A stretch of DNA of 64,000 bases from the IMG/VR virus record IMGVR_UViG_3300027586_000002, positions 1 through 64,000 of that record. One strand, given 5' to 3'. Origin of the DNA: a virus. The notes under the pieces were generated by a model. That model had not been told where the DNA came from and did no database searches. It saw only the letters and a list, made by a program, of their open reading frames with translations. Shown here one piece after another: positions 29,020 through 39,548 of the stretch. The position numbers and the translations under genes were made by a program. Position 1 is the first letter of the stretch. Each line of letters opens with the position of its first letter.

Positions 29020-29117
29020 TATGGAAACAATTGTTTATATCTCAGTAGGTGTATTTGTAGGTTACGTATTGCTGAGTCCAGTAAGACGAACTCTATTTGT
29101 AAAATCAATCGTGACTA

Positions 29118-30215
29118 ATGAGCGAGGAAACAGCAGCACAGAACCCAAGTCCAGCAACGATAGACCCTCTGAAACAGGAGGAAAATAAACATCGTAAGTT
29201 GGCCACCATACAGAAGATTCTATCACTTTCCCCAATACCTGACGCTGACATGATTGAGAAGGCACAGGTATTGGGTTGGGAGTGTGTGGTGAAGAAGGGC
29301 AGCTTTAAGCTTGGAGATGAGTGTGTCTATTTTGAAATAGACTCAATTATACCTAGAGCGCCATGGAATGATTTCCTAGCGAGCAAGGATAATCCCGAAA
29401 AGCCAATTCGGATAAAAACAGTAAAGCTTAGGAAACAAATATCACAAGGTATATGTTTTAAACTTGAAGATGTGCTTGATGGTTTTGCTATAATGCATAC
29501 CGAATGTGGGGATGATCTGACTGATTATCTTAATGTAACCAAGTATGAACCTCCAGCATTCGGAGGCAATAGTGCAGAACAATGTGCTGGTAACTTTCCT
29601 CATTACATTCCAAAGACAGATGAAGTCAGAATCCAGAGTGTTCCTGAAATACTTACAAAATATTATGGAGTAAAGACTTATGTCACTGAAAAAATAGACG
29701 GGCAAAGTTACACCGCCTTTGTTAATAAAGATGGTGAATTTGGTGTTTGTTCCAGGAACTTTAGGTTAAAGGATGTACCTACTAGCTCTCTATGGCAGAT
29801 AACCAAATCAATGCAGATAGAGGAAAAGTTAAGAAGTCTTGGCCGGCCTGTTGCATTACAAGCTGAACATGCTGGGCCTGGTATTCAAGGAAACAAGCTA
29901 GGGTTAAAAGAACGTACTCTGTTTGCTTATAACTTGTTTGATACAGCTACATTTAAGTATTTAAGTTTTTACGAGTTTAATGCTATATGCTTACAACTTG
30001 GAATACCAATGGTGCCATTAGTACATAACGGGCTTTCAATATTTAATCCTGTTGAAGAATGGGTTAAACTAGCTACAATGAAGTCCACCATCAACTCAGC
30101 GGTATGGGCAGAGGGTGTAGTAGTAAGACCATTAACTGAAGTAATAGACCAATCTCTTGGGAGATTATCGTTTAAGGTGATAAACCCCGAGTTTTTGTTA
30201 CAACATAAAGAATGA
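29118..30215 (+). CDS. RNA ligase, DRB0094 family
   Basis: LATIQKI..I..AD.IE.A.V.GW..VVKKG N-domain; PKTDE.RIQ; TEKIDG; SRN; QAE; EGVVVR; SFKVIN. Confidence 0.9.
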   Translation: MSEETAAQNPSPATIDPLKQEENKHRKLATIQKILSLSPIPDADMIEKAQVLGWECVVKKGSFKLGDECVYFEIDSIIPRAPWNDFLASKDNPEKPIRIKTVKLRKQISQGICFKLEDVLDGFAIMHTECGDDLTDYLNVTKYEPPAFGGNSAEQCAGNFPHYIPKTDEVRIQSVPEILTKYYGVKTYVTEKIDGQSYTAFVNKDGEFGVCSRNFRLKDVPTSSLWQITKSMQIEEKLRSLGRPVALQAEHAGPGIQGNKLGLKERTLFAYNLFDTATFKYLSFYEFNAICLQLGIPMVPLVHNGLSIFNPVEEWVKLATMKSTINSAVWAEGVVVRPLTEVIDQSLGRLSFKVINPEFLLQHKE

Positions 30216-31681
30216 ATATTTCAATAACCAGAGATAACGGAGCTATGCAGGTCACACCTGCTCCTCCATACCTCCTGGACTATCTAAAGTACAGCCATAG
30301 AAGTTTTGAAGTTGTACGTTATAAACGAGTCAACAAGTTTACAACCAAGCTCTTATATGAGACCGACGGTGAAGGTGGTGTTTATACCCTACATGGTTTC
30401 TTTGAGAAGATATGCATGTTGATAACCAAGAATAACGACACTTATAACATAATTGATATTAGAACTAACTTACCTAAAATAAATTGGGATAGAGTTAAAC
30501 AAATAGGCTTAAGAGAGTATCAAGTTAAAGATGTGGCAGAGTTTTTGGAGAAAGCCAAGAACAACAGCGGGATCATAAATGCCACTGGCGGCTATGGTAA
30601 GACTATAATGCAAGCTGTTACCTACGCTGCTTTTAACAATCTTAATACTATACTGGCCATCCCTCTTAAGCAGGTTTTTTTGCAAACAGCAGCTAAGTTT
30701 AAGCAATTGTTCCCAGAGAAACATATTGGTATGGTTGGAGATGGTAGTCATGATATATCTAATGACATTACCATCACTACATTTAAGTCTCTTCGTAATT
30801 GTGCCACTGAAAAATGTCAGTTGTTGTTGGTTGATGAGATTCAAGGAACAACCGGAGAAGTAATTTCTGATGCTATAACAAGGATATTGCCAATAAGAGC
30901 ATTTGGTTATACTGCAACAGACAAAGGGTTGTTCAACAACGCAGACAAGCTCATAAAGGGGCTGTTTGGTGAGAGGCTTATCCATATAGAGTATCAGGAA
31001 GCACAGGCTCAAAAGGCGGTAGTCCCGTGTACAGTATACTTTGTTAGTACCTCTGATAATGTAATGATTTCAGCCACAACTATTGAAGGTAAGATAAAGC
31101 AGGGAATAAAGAATTGTGTTGAGCGTAACAAGCTTATTTCTGCTGTTTGTCGCAAGGTACCAGATAACTGGCAAACTCTTATTTTTGTAGACCATATTTT
31201 GGATCATCTGATTAAGCTTCACAAAGAGATGCCTTTAGGTACAAAATACATACATAGGGAAAGTAGTAAAACTAAAGCTAATAGTTATGCTCTATCCGCC
31301 AAGCAGCAAAATACAACCATTGCTGGTTTTATTGAAAATGATTTTCAGTACCTTCTGGCTACTGACGCTTTTCGCGCTGGTGTTGATATTCCCAATTGTC
31401 GTGTGGTTGTGCAAGCTAGTGGCGGCAGTTCTGAAATCGAAATTTTGCAGGAGGCTTATAGAGGGAGTAGAACACTTCCTCAAGAAAGACAAGAGCAACT
31501 AGGTGTAACACCGAAAACTCATTTTATACTGATAGACTTCTTAGACATTCATGATCCTCAATTGGAATCAATGTCAAATAAAAGAATGGAAATATACCGT
31601 AAACAAGGCTGGGCTATTAAGACAGTCGATTCGGTTGAACAGATAGATTGGAATCATTTTGAAGAAACTCAAACAAAATAA
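30212..31681 (+). CDS. uvsW: SF2 DNA helicase (UvsW-like)
   Basis: ATGGYGKT, VDEIQ, TAT, GVDIP, Q..YRG.R. Confidence 0.85.
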   Translation: MNISITRDNGAMQVTPAPPYLLDYLKYSHRSFEVVRYKRVNKFTTKLLYETDGEGGVYTLHGFFEKICMLITKNNDTYNIIDIRTNLPKINWDRVKQIGLREYQVKDVAEFLEKAKNNSGIINATGGYGKTIMQAVTYAAFNNLNTILAIPLKQVFLQTAAKFKQLFPEKHIGMVGDGSHDISNDITITTFKSLRNCATEKCQLLLVDEIQGTTGEVISDAITRILPIRAFGYTATDKGLFNNADKLIKGLFGERLIHIEYQEAQAQKAVVPCTVYFVSTSDNVMISATTIEGKIKQGIKNCVERNKLISAVCRKVPDNWQTLIFVDHILDHLIKLHKEMPLGTKYIHRESSKTKANSYALSAKQQNTTIAGFIENDFQYLLATDAFRAGVDIPNCRVVVQASGGSSEIEILQEAYRGSRTLPQERQEQLGVTPKTHFILIDFLDIHDPQLESMSNKRMEIYRKQGWAIKTVDSVEQIDWNHFEETQTK

Positions 31682-31684
31682 ACT

Positions 31685-32176
31685 ATGTACGACGACACAA
31701 CAACAACAGTAGCAGAAAAATCGATAGGAACAGTAGGACCAAGCTTTCCAACTGAAGCGGAATGGCAAGCATCGCAAGCAAGACCCCTAACAGAGGCAGA
31801 ACTGAAGACAATGCGTTACGCCACTGCTCAAGATCAAATAGATTACAAAGTTCCGACAGGAGCAATGTTCTACGTTGATCATAACGGGTTTACACAGTGG
31901 AACGGGCCAGATCTCCATGAAGTTCACGGTGAGCCAGGCGGGCTATATCTTGTGCAAAACGGCGAATGGGCGTTAAATGACCTCGTAGCTGACTTCTCAA
32001 CCATCAGAGCTGTAGGTAACCTTACCGCCAAGCCGATCAAGAAGACTGTAAAGAAGGTCAAGACCACAGCCAAGAAGACCGGTAAGAAGGTAGTTGCAAA
32101 GAATAAGAAGAAGGTTTTAACAGCTAAGTCTAAGACTAAGGTCAAGGCCAAGAAATCTAAAAAGCGTTCCAGCTAA
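31685..32176 (+). CDS. Hypothetical protein with a histone H1-like Lys-rich tail
   Basis: C-terminal ~50 aa rich in K/T/V/A (KKTVKKVKTTAKKTGKK...). Confidence 0.65.
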   Translation: MYDDTTTTVAEKSIGTVGPSFPTEAEWQASQARPLTEAELKTMRYATAQDQIDYKVPTGAMFYVDHNGFTQWNGPDLHEVHGEPGGLYLVQNGEWALNDLVADFSTIRAVGNLTAKPIKKTVKKVKTTAKKTGKKVVAKNKKKVLTAKSKTKVKAKKSKKRSS

Positions 32177-32184
32177 GTAATACT

Positions 32185-33147
32185 ATGGACGAGAACGCTC
32201 TGTTTAATCTGCTTAAGGAGCGATATGGCAAGGTGTCTCGCGCAAGTGGGGGCTGGTTTCAAATACCGTGCCCCACTTGTAGTCCTAAGAACGCTAGAAA
32301 GATGAGGCGTTATGTTTCATACAAAAATCTATACACTAAATGTTGGATTTGTGAAACATCTATTACTAGGGAACAACTTCTAGGCCAGGCACTTATAGAC
32401 TATAAGCCATCCGCTTTAGTTCAAAACATTGAAAAAACAATAAATCCTTGGGCAAATAAATTGCCTTATAGAAAGAGTATAGCGGTCAATAAATTACCGG
32501 CCGAGCACCCTGCTGTTAAGTTCTTTAACAAAGATCACCTGATGGATATGGATAAACTGGCCATAGATCATGACATTGTTTATGTCCCATCTGATGGTGG
32601 TGTAATTTTTAGAGATAGAAAACCATTGATTACTTCTGCTGAGAGAGTCATATTTCCAGTGAAGTGTAATGCTGAGTTAGTAGGCTGGCAAATGCGCTCA
32701 ATTCCTAATACATTCTATGGCTCGCGTGAAGATGTGGTTCGCTATTATCATCTTTTTAATAAGGGAAATTTTCTATATAACTATGATACAGCTAAAAAGT
32801 ACCAGGTGGTGGTGGTCACGGAAGGTGTTAAAAAAGCGCTCAAATTCCCGAACGGCGTGGCCACACTAGGCAAAGGAATATCAAGCAAACAGTTAGATCT
32901 CATACAAGAATGGGACTTTATAACTTTGCTCTTAGATGGTGACGATAAAGGCCAAGAGGCAGCCGAGAAAGTAATGCGCTGTATAGAGAACGGACCAAAA
33001 ACGATTATAAATATAAACTTGATGGATTATGGTTATGAATCGCCCGATGACGCAACTAGTGAAGCGTTAGGAAAAATCGTTTCCGATGCGTGGATGGACC
33101 AATACCCAGACTCGGTTATAAAAAGCCAAAAGCCAGATATGACTTAA
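32185..33147 (+). CDS. dnaG: DNA primase (Zn finger + TOPRIM)
   Basis: CPTC...CWIC, RVIFP, GWQMR, VTEG, LDGD, PDD. Confidence 0.85.
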   Translation: MDENALFNLLKERYGKVSRASGGWFQIPCPTCSPKNARKMRRYVSYKNLYTKCWICETSITREQLLGQALIDYKPSALVQNIEKTINPWANKLPYRKSIAVNKLPAEHPAVKFFNKDHLMDMDKLAIDHDIVYVPSDGGVIFRDRKPLITSAERVIFPVKCNAELVGWQMRSIPNTFYGSREDVVRYYHLFNKGNFLYNYDTAKKYQVVVVTEGVKKALKFPNGVATLGKGISSKQLDLIQEWDFITLLLDGDDKGQEAAEKVMRCIENGPKTIININLMDYGYESPDDATSEALGKIVSDAWMDQYPDSVIKSQKPDMT

Positions 33148-33217
33148 CTGTTATGTCTTGGAAATACCCAAAATTCAAAGCTTATTTTTATGAGCAAGTT
33201 GAATAAAATTAAATATA

Positions 33218-33490
33218 ATGACACAAACTACGCATACAATTGAAAAGATCCGCTCTTTTCTGCTAGACGATGGGTGGACCTTGCTCTACTCTGTTGGGAA
33301 ATTAAATATCTACACAAAAGGAGATGATTTTGAAATAAGCCTCCCTAAAGAAGCAGACCATCCTGAATACGAAGACTTAGTTGATTCGGCGGTTATAGAT
33401 TTAGCTGAGCTTTACAACACCGATGAGGATGACATTTTAATACGAATATATGGGTTACCAAAAAACAGCCAGGGAGATGATGCGCGATGA
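33218..33490 (+). CDS. Hypothetical protein (HicA-like fold possible)
   Basis: FL..DGW beta-hairpin, I.LP, then helices. Confidence 0.5.
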   Translation: MTQTTHTIEKIRSFLLDDGWTLLYSVGKLNIYTKGDDFEISLPKEADHPEYEDLVDSAVIDLAELYNTDEDDILIRIYGLPKNSQGDDAR

Positions 33491-33983
33491 GTATATAAGG
33501 TTTGCTAAGAAAACTATTCCTTATTACAAAGGCAGCGAAAAGCTTGAAGAGGCACTGGACAAAGCTGAAATATTGTGTGAAGGAAAAGACCCGGTATTGT
33601 GGGTTCAGGCGCAATACCGCTATAAGCCAAAAGATGAGTTTTACCCAAATAGCTTACATTATAGAAATGGCACACAGAATTATATAAAATATTTAAACAG
33701 CGCTTCAACAGAGGAAGACATGCTGTTCCAGGTACAACTACAGTATTTAAACAGTGCAGTAGAGAAGACAGGCAGATCTGATTTGGAAGTACTTTCAGAC
33801 ATCAATTTAGATTTTAAGCCGTGGTTTCGTGTGTTAATGACCAGGGAACCTGATGAGGAGCTTTTACAAAGATATGGTGCCGAGGCCAAAGACTGCATTG
33901 AACAGATACCAAAAATAAAAGCATTGTTAAAAAGAAACAATGTGAACCTAACTCGTTTATATGGAAAAGAACTTAATGGATAG
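33477..33983 (+). CDS. Hypothetical protein in the replication module
   Basis: Lies between primase and helicase; ATG at 33477 or 33480. Confidence 0.6.
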   Translation: MMRDEYIRFAKKTIPYYKGSEKLEEALDKAEILCEGKDPVLWVQAQYRYKPKDEFYPNSLHYRNGTQNYIKYLNSASTEEDMLFQVQLQYLNSAVEKTGRSDLEVLSDINLDFKPWFRVLMTREPDEELLQRYGAEAKDCIEQIPKIKALLKRNNVNLTRLYGKELNG

Positions 33984-35361
33984 CTCTGATTATTACGAGT
34001 TAATGCTCAGGCATTTGATTTGTGATTCAGAACTGTATAAAAAAGCTTTAAAGCTAGGCGTTACAGCTGACGACTTTTTAAGCAGCAGTGTTGGAGGCAT
34101 ACTAATATACAAGATTTTTGCTGAGATAGCTTTTGAGACTAACGCAACACCAATAAGCAAAGATCTATTCTTGCTGAAGCTAAAAGAGAAATTTGACAAG
34201 ACTCCATCTTTGGAAGGCAGAGCGGAATCTGCTGGAGAGCTATACGAGAAAGTATATGCGACTACTTTAGATTCAAAGTATGCAACAGATAATCTGAGGT
34301 TGTTTGTAAAGCGCCGACGCCAGCTAAAGGCCAAGCAAGAGCATTCAACTAATGAGGATGCGTTATTAACCGCGCTTAGTAACATAGAAAAAGACCTCTC
34401 TGGCAAGGAAGTGGCTGCGCTTGTAACAATTGACTACCCATTTAAGAAGTTACTAAAACAACAATTAACAAATTTAATACCTACAGGATTTGCCAGGATA
34501 GATACTGCTCTTGGCGGAGGAGGAATAGCTAAGGGAGAATACGGCTTGATAATCGGGTATACAGGTGGCGGTAAATCTGCCATGGCTGTTTGCATCGTCA
34601 GATCTAATGCCATACTTGGAAACAAGGCTGCATTTGTATCCATGGAAGAAACAACTGTCAATATCTCCAACAGATTGTACTCACAGGTGTTCAGGATTAA
34701 CTACTCTGACCTGCGCAGCGGTAAGGCTGGAATGGAGCTGGAACAACAGTTTAATGAAAACCCTGACAATCCACATAGAAGGTTGTTATCTGACAACCTG
34801 GCGTTGTTTGGCTTAAAAGAAGCTACTCCAATAACACCGGCAGCTATACTAGAGACACTTAGGAAACACTTTGATGATACAGGGTTTATTCCTGATGTCG
34901 TAGTTCTAGACCAGATGCAATTCATGGAGCCAAATGAAAAGAAGAAAAATGAAAGCTCATGGGATACTCAGGCCCGGCTTTCTCATGACTGCGATTGGTT
35001 GTCACATCAGACCATAGGAGGACAGCCGTTTGGATTGTGGGTCTTACATCAAGCCAAGGGCGGTAAGATGAGTAAGTTCTTTACCCATGCTGAGATATCA
35101 GGGTTTAAGGGAATTCTCCAGCCAGCCGATATAGCAATTGGTATAGGAAGAGAAGATCAAAAAAGCAAAGACTTCGGAATTTTCTCATTGAAGACCAGAC
35201 ATACTGCTGGCTTCGAAGTAGACTATGAAGGAGAACTTGAATACATGACGTTTAGAGATAGATTGGCGGGCACATTTGAAAACATAGAGGCATACCAGGG
35301 ACCCACGTCTAATCCTACAAGAGAAGAAATGCCTCATTTTAGAAATCCATTAATAGAATGA
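33961..35361 (+). CDS. dnaB: Replicative DnaB-like helicase
   Basis: IPTGF..ID..LGGG, GYTGGGKS, FVSMEE, VVLDQ, LHQ, K.R. Confidence 0.9.
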   Translation: MEKNLMDSSDYYELMLRHLICDSELYKKALKLGVTADDFLSSSVGGILIYKIFAEIAFETNATPISKDLFLLKLKEKFDKTPSLEGRAESAGELYEKVYATTLDSKYATDNLRLFVKRRRQLKAKQEHSTNEDALLTALSNIEKDLSGKEVAALVTIDYPFKKLLKQQLTNLIPTGFARIDTALGGGGIAKGEYGLIIGYTGGGKSAMAVCIVRSNAILGNKAAFVSMEETTVNISNRLYSQVFRINYSDLRSGKAGMELEQQFNENPDNPHRRLLSDNLALFGLKEATPITPAAILETLRKHFDDTGFIPDVVVLDQMQFMEPNEKKKNESSWDTQARLSHDCDWLSHQTIGGQPFGLWVLHQAKGGKMSKFFTHAEISGFKGILQPADIAIGIGREDQKSKDFGIFSLKTRHTAGFEVDYEGELEYMTFRDRLAGTFENIEAYQGPTSNPTREEMPHFRNPLIE

Positions 35362-38252
35362 ACAAAGAACCAGAAGTTATATTATATGATAGCGCAGGTG
35401 AAGCTATTGTGGTTCCTCCAGTAGAAGTAAAGGTCGAACCTCCTTATGTTAAGAAGCTGTTTGAGCATCATCACATAAATGGCAAGACCTGGTTTCCACC
35501 GAGAGGTAATACCAAGGCAAAGCTGATGCTGATTTTATCACATCCTGCTTTTGATGATCTAAAGAATAGATATTTGCTAAGTGGCGAAAACGAGCAAGAA
35601 GTAAGAGATGCATTGGCTGAAGCAGGAATCGCCTCATCAGAAGTGTATATCACGTCAATGGTAAAGTATGGACTTGGTACGGGATCAAAGGCTTCGGCTA
35701 CAAGTATAGCGGATTGTTCTGAGATGCTGGACTATGAAATTAACCTTGTAAAGCCTAAGTTAATAATGACTCTTGGTGCTGAGCCATTTAAGCGCATCAT
35801 GAAGGCTAACAGGAAGCAAACCGACTCTATAGGTGAGATTATTGACAGCCCGTACGGTAAGCATTTGGCCAATTATTCACCAGGAATGATCACTACTATT
35901 GACCCAAAGAAAAGATCAGTATTCCGTGACATCTTTGAGCTTGCTGGTAGATATATAAAAGATAAATTAAACTATACTCCTTTTGAGTATATTTTAGTGG
36001 AAGACCCCGCAGTTAATCGTGAAATAGTCGCACATTACATTGCCAATAATAAGCTCACTGTGGCTTATGATGGCGAATGGGAGACTGAGCATAGAATGAC
36101 TGACGGTGAAGTAATGTATACTTTTCAATATTGCTGCGAACCTAACAAGGCAATTATATTGAATCTATCCACAGATGGAGTTAATGAAAATAGAGAGTTA
36201 TTGGATACAATGAAGCCATTGCTTGAACATCCTAAGGCCGACCGATTAGGTTGGAACATCCGTGTGGACGACAAGCGACTGACAATAAGAGGATTCAATC
36301 TACCTGACGAAACGTTAGGCTTTGATGGCATGAAAGCAATGTCATTTATAGACAGCCGTTGGGCTAAGGGGCTGGAAACTGGACTGAAGAAGTTCACTAA
36401 CTACGCTCCTTATTACAACGCACTGTTTAAGATAGAAGCTGACAACAAAATTGATGCCAAGGACCTTGTTAAGGTAAGGTCTATAAATCCAGATGCTTAT
36501 CATAATTACTGTGCGGGCGATGCTGTGACTACTTATACAGCATGTATTAACATGAGGAATTGGATGAATAAGAATCTGCCTAAAAAACAGCTAGATTATT
36601 ATTTCAACACTTACTTGCCGTTATCCAATTATTTTAAAGATCTGGAATTGTCAGGCATACCTATTGATGTAAAGGTGATGGAGGAAATCACCGAAAAATA
36701 TACTACCAAATACATTGAATTAAAGGGCAAGCTTGATGCTTTACTAAAGCCTTATGGTTACGACCAAGTAAGCTATAATGAGTATATAAAAGAGCATACA
36801 GATGAAGAAGCTAAGACAGCCAATATAAGAGAATCGTTCAATCCTGCATCATCAATGCAAAAGAAGGAGCTTTTATTTGAGGTGTTAGAGTTGACTCCAG
36901 CTTATTATACAAAAGCAGGCAAGGCGGCAAAACCAAGAGCCTGGTGGGTGAAGCAAAAAGAAAAAAATCAGGAGAAGTATAAGCCTTCTTCAAACAGCAA
37001 ATCTCTATCTGCTCTTAAGTTCTCGATTGTCAGCGAAATGGAGAAACCCAAGGTTAAAAATAAAGTTGGGTTGGAAAGTAAGCATGAGATAATCGAAACG
37101 TTACTAGACTTGAATCGTGTAAGTGTCTTTTCTCAGAAGTTTTTGAGTAAGAAAGGAACATTGTACGAAGAGGAGGAAACTCATGAAGACGGGGAGGACC
37201 CGTTAAAGTCTTCTTACTGGGCAGCCATGTGCAAAGACCAAAAGGTACGTCCTGACTTTTTTGAATGTCTAAACAACTTCAGAAGCAGCTCAAAGGTTAA
37301 TGTACAAAACCCAGCTTCTAAAGTATTAAGCCATATACCAAACATATTTGTTCCTGGTTACGACTTAATGTCTAAAGAAGACAAGGCAGCTAACGAGCAT
37401 TTGATACCTAGAAATATTAGACATATCTTTTATTCTGGTGACCCTGATTGGTATTGGGTTGAATGCGACGTGGCGGGGGCTGACTTGGCTATTGCTGCAT
37501 TTTTATCTCAAGACCCAGAATATATACATGATATCTTGAAGGGCGGGTTTCACACCACCAAGATGCGCGAATACTTCAATGACCCTACACTTGATAAAGA
37601 CAAAGATATATCAAGATATGTTATAGCTAAGTCGATTACATTCAGAGTAGCTTATACTTCTGAGCTTTTGTCAGCAGCAATGCCGATTCAAGCGGAAATC
37701 TATTCTGAAAGCGGCAACAATGTTGATATAAAGACATTAGAGTATGCCTTGAAGACTTGGGAAAGATATAAAAAATATATAGATTACCGTGAGAACTGTA
37801 AAGCACAGGTAAGAGACTATAACTTTATAGAGAATGCCAGAGGTATAAAGTATCATTTTGAGGAAACTGAAAACTTCGGTGTACTGGCCGGATGGTTAAA
37901 CGAATCTTTGGCTTATCCAATAGCCAGCGAGTTAGCATTGTTTATCTGGGATGTGTCCGTTGCCACAAGGCAGCAGTTCATCAAAGACAAGGTTTGGATG
38001 AAATACGTCAAACCTGTAAACTCTGTTCACGATGCTGCTTATTGGATAATTCATAAGGACCTTATGAAGGACGACTACTTCCAAGAGGTGTGCAAGCACT
38101 ATTTTACACAACATTGTAGAATAGCAACTGGCGACCGTCTAGGTATGGAGATGAAGATTGCTGACCGCTGGAAAGCGGACAAGAAACACACTGTATTTAG
38201 TAAAGAAACAGTTTGGGACTTTAAGAATCATCATTGGAAATGGAAAGATTAA
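35358..38252 (+). CDS. polA: Family A DNA polymerase with N-terminal uracil-DNA-glycosylase-like and 3'-5' exonuclease domains
   Basis: UDG-4-like fold (G...AKLML, YITS.VK, EI.LVKPK.I.TLG); exonuclease YDGE, WNI..D, YCAGD; motif A ECDVAGAD, motif B R....K...F...Y, motif C VHDA. Confidence 0.9.
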   Translation: MNKEPEVILYDSAGEAIVVPPVEVKVEPPYVKKLFEHHHINGKTWFPPRGNTKAKLMLILSHPAFDDLKNRYLLSGENEQEVRDALAEAGIASSEVYITSMVKYGLGTGSKASATSIADCSEMLDYEINLVKPKLIMTLGAEPFKRIMKANRKQTDSIGEIIDSPYGKHLANYSPGMITTIDPKKRSVFRDIFELAGRYIKDKLNYTPFEYILVEDPAVNREIVAHYIANNKLTVAYDGEWETEHRMTDGEVMYTFQYCCEPNKAIILNLSTDGVNENRELLDTMKPLLEHPKADRLGWNIRVDDKRLTIRGFNLPDETLGFDGMKAMSFIDSRWAKGLETGLKKFTNYAPYYNALFKIEADNKIDAKDLVKVRSINPDAYHNYCAGDAVTTYTACINMRNWMNKNLPKKQLDYYFNTYLPLSNYFKDLELSGIPIDVKVMEEITEKYTTKYIELKGKLDALLKPYGYDQVSYNEYIKEHTDEEAKTANIRESFNPASSMQKKELLFEVLELTPAYYTKAGKAAKPRAWWVKQKEKNQEKYKPSSNSKSLSALKFSIVSEMEKPKVKNKVGLESKHEIIETLLDLNRVSVFSQKFLSKKGTLYEEEETHEDGEDPLKSSYWAAMCKDQKVRPDFFECLNNFRSSSKVNVQNPASKVLSHIPNIFVPGYDLMSKEDKAANEHLIPRNIRHIFYSGDPDWYWVECDVAGADLAIAAFLSQDPEYIHDILKGGFHTTKMREYFNDPTLDKDKDISRYVIAKSITFRVAYTSELLSAAMPIQAEIYSESGNNVDIKTLEYALKTWERYKKYIDYRENCKAQVRDYNFIENARGIKYHFEETENFGVLAGWLNESLAYPIASELALFIWDVSVATRQQFIKDKVWMKYVKPVNSVHDAAYWIIHKDLMKDDYFQEVCKHYFTQHCRIATGDRLGMEMKIADRWKADKKHTVFSKETVWDFKNHHWKWKD

Positions 38253-38358
38253 CCAAATAACAAACAGAATGTCCCATCAATACTAAATAATACAAAAGAG
38301 TTTGATGGTTCAAGATTGTTAAATCGAATAACTATGTTTAAACAACAAGCTCTTAATT

Positions 38359-39426
38359 ATGACCCTGTATAATACCGTCGGTTCAGGCAAACAACTTAGG
38401 TTAGTCACCAATGAAGTTAATGTAGCCATTCTTGGTACTAAAATAAATGTGTTTACTGATATAACAGAAACACATTGGTTCTCATGGAACGAGGCTTTTT
38501 CCTTCATGGAGCTTCTATGCACTAAAGATTACAAGACAGCGTTAGCTGAATATATAATATCAGAAGGAGAAGATGTAGTATTAAAGCTTGATGATAATAA
38601 AAATGTAACTGGTTGTTATATATCTGAAAGATTGTTCTATAAGCTATTATTGACTAGAAGTAAAACCCAACACGCCCAGCAGATGAGTGCACTTCTATCT
38701 AAGAATGTGTTAACTGGCATGAGAAAGGCTGGGCATTTTACCATTAGCGATGATAACTTCAATAGCCTACCTTTAATATTCACAGAAATGCTAAGTATTG
38801 ATAATAAGATAATTAAAGCTAGTGAGGATGTTAAACCTGCCACACTAGTAACTAAACCGTTAAATAAAGACAGTAACCCATTAGACAAGCACCAGGAAGC
38901 TTCTGCTTCGCCGGTGACCAGAGACACAGTAACCATTAAATTAAATATGACCACACCCGAGACAAAAGCACCGCAGACAGATGTTGATGAAGTAGACCAA
39001 ATCATCCTCAAAGCAGGCTGCTTTGATAAGGCTAAAGATACGAAGAAAACACGTAACATCATAAGGTCTGTGATTCAAGCTGGGCCTGACGGTGTGCAAC
39101 TAGACACACTATGCCAGCAATTTGACATGGCTGCTCCAGAGATCAGTGGCTGGGACAATACTAGATTTCCAATACTGAAAGTTACTGCAGGCAGTAAGAA
39201 AAAGAAGCTAGTATGGCAAGGTAAATTCCCAGGGGATATCACCTTGGTCCAGGTCGGAACCGCCACAGCTCCTATGCTAGTAGCACCAACAGTACCAGTT
39301 CTTCCTCAGCAAGCTAACTACGCAGGCATTCGTAAGCCTACGGTTGCAGGTAATAAGTTTCAAGGGGTTACTAATAGTAAGCCAGGCATAACCGGCCCTG
39401 GTGATCATGTAGTTATAGCTGAATAA
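38359..39426 (+). CDS. Bro-N-like domain protein
   Basis: HWF...ISE..FYKLLL.RSK...AQQ.....NVL..MRKAG pattern. Confidence 0.6.
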   Translation: MTLYNTVGSGKQLRLVTNEVNVAILGTKINVFTDITETHWFSWNEAFSFMELLCTKDYKTALAEYIISEGEDVVLKLDDNKNVTGCYISERLFYKLLLTRSKTQHAQQMSALLSKNVLTGMRKAGHFTISDDNFNSLPLIFTEMLSIDNKIIKASEDVKPATLVTKPLNKDSNPLDKHQEASASPVTRDTVTIKLNMTTPETKAPQTDVDEVDQIILKAGCFDKAKDTKKTRNIIRSVIQAGPDGVQLDTLCQQFDMAAPEISGWDNTRFPILKVTAGSKKKKLVWQGKFPGDITLVQVGTATAPMLVAPTVPVLPQQANYAGIRKPTVAGNKFQGVTNSKPGITGPGDHVVIAE

Positions 39427-39548
39427 GCTTATAAGGTGTAAATAGGTCAAACCTTCATATTTCATATTTCAAATGCAAAAAAGAGCCAATCTTTTCCTGC
39501 CAGGTTGTCTGCTGGGTTTCACTAACCGTGAAACTCACAGACGACTAA

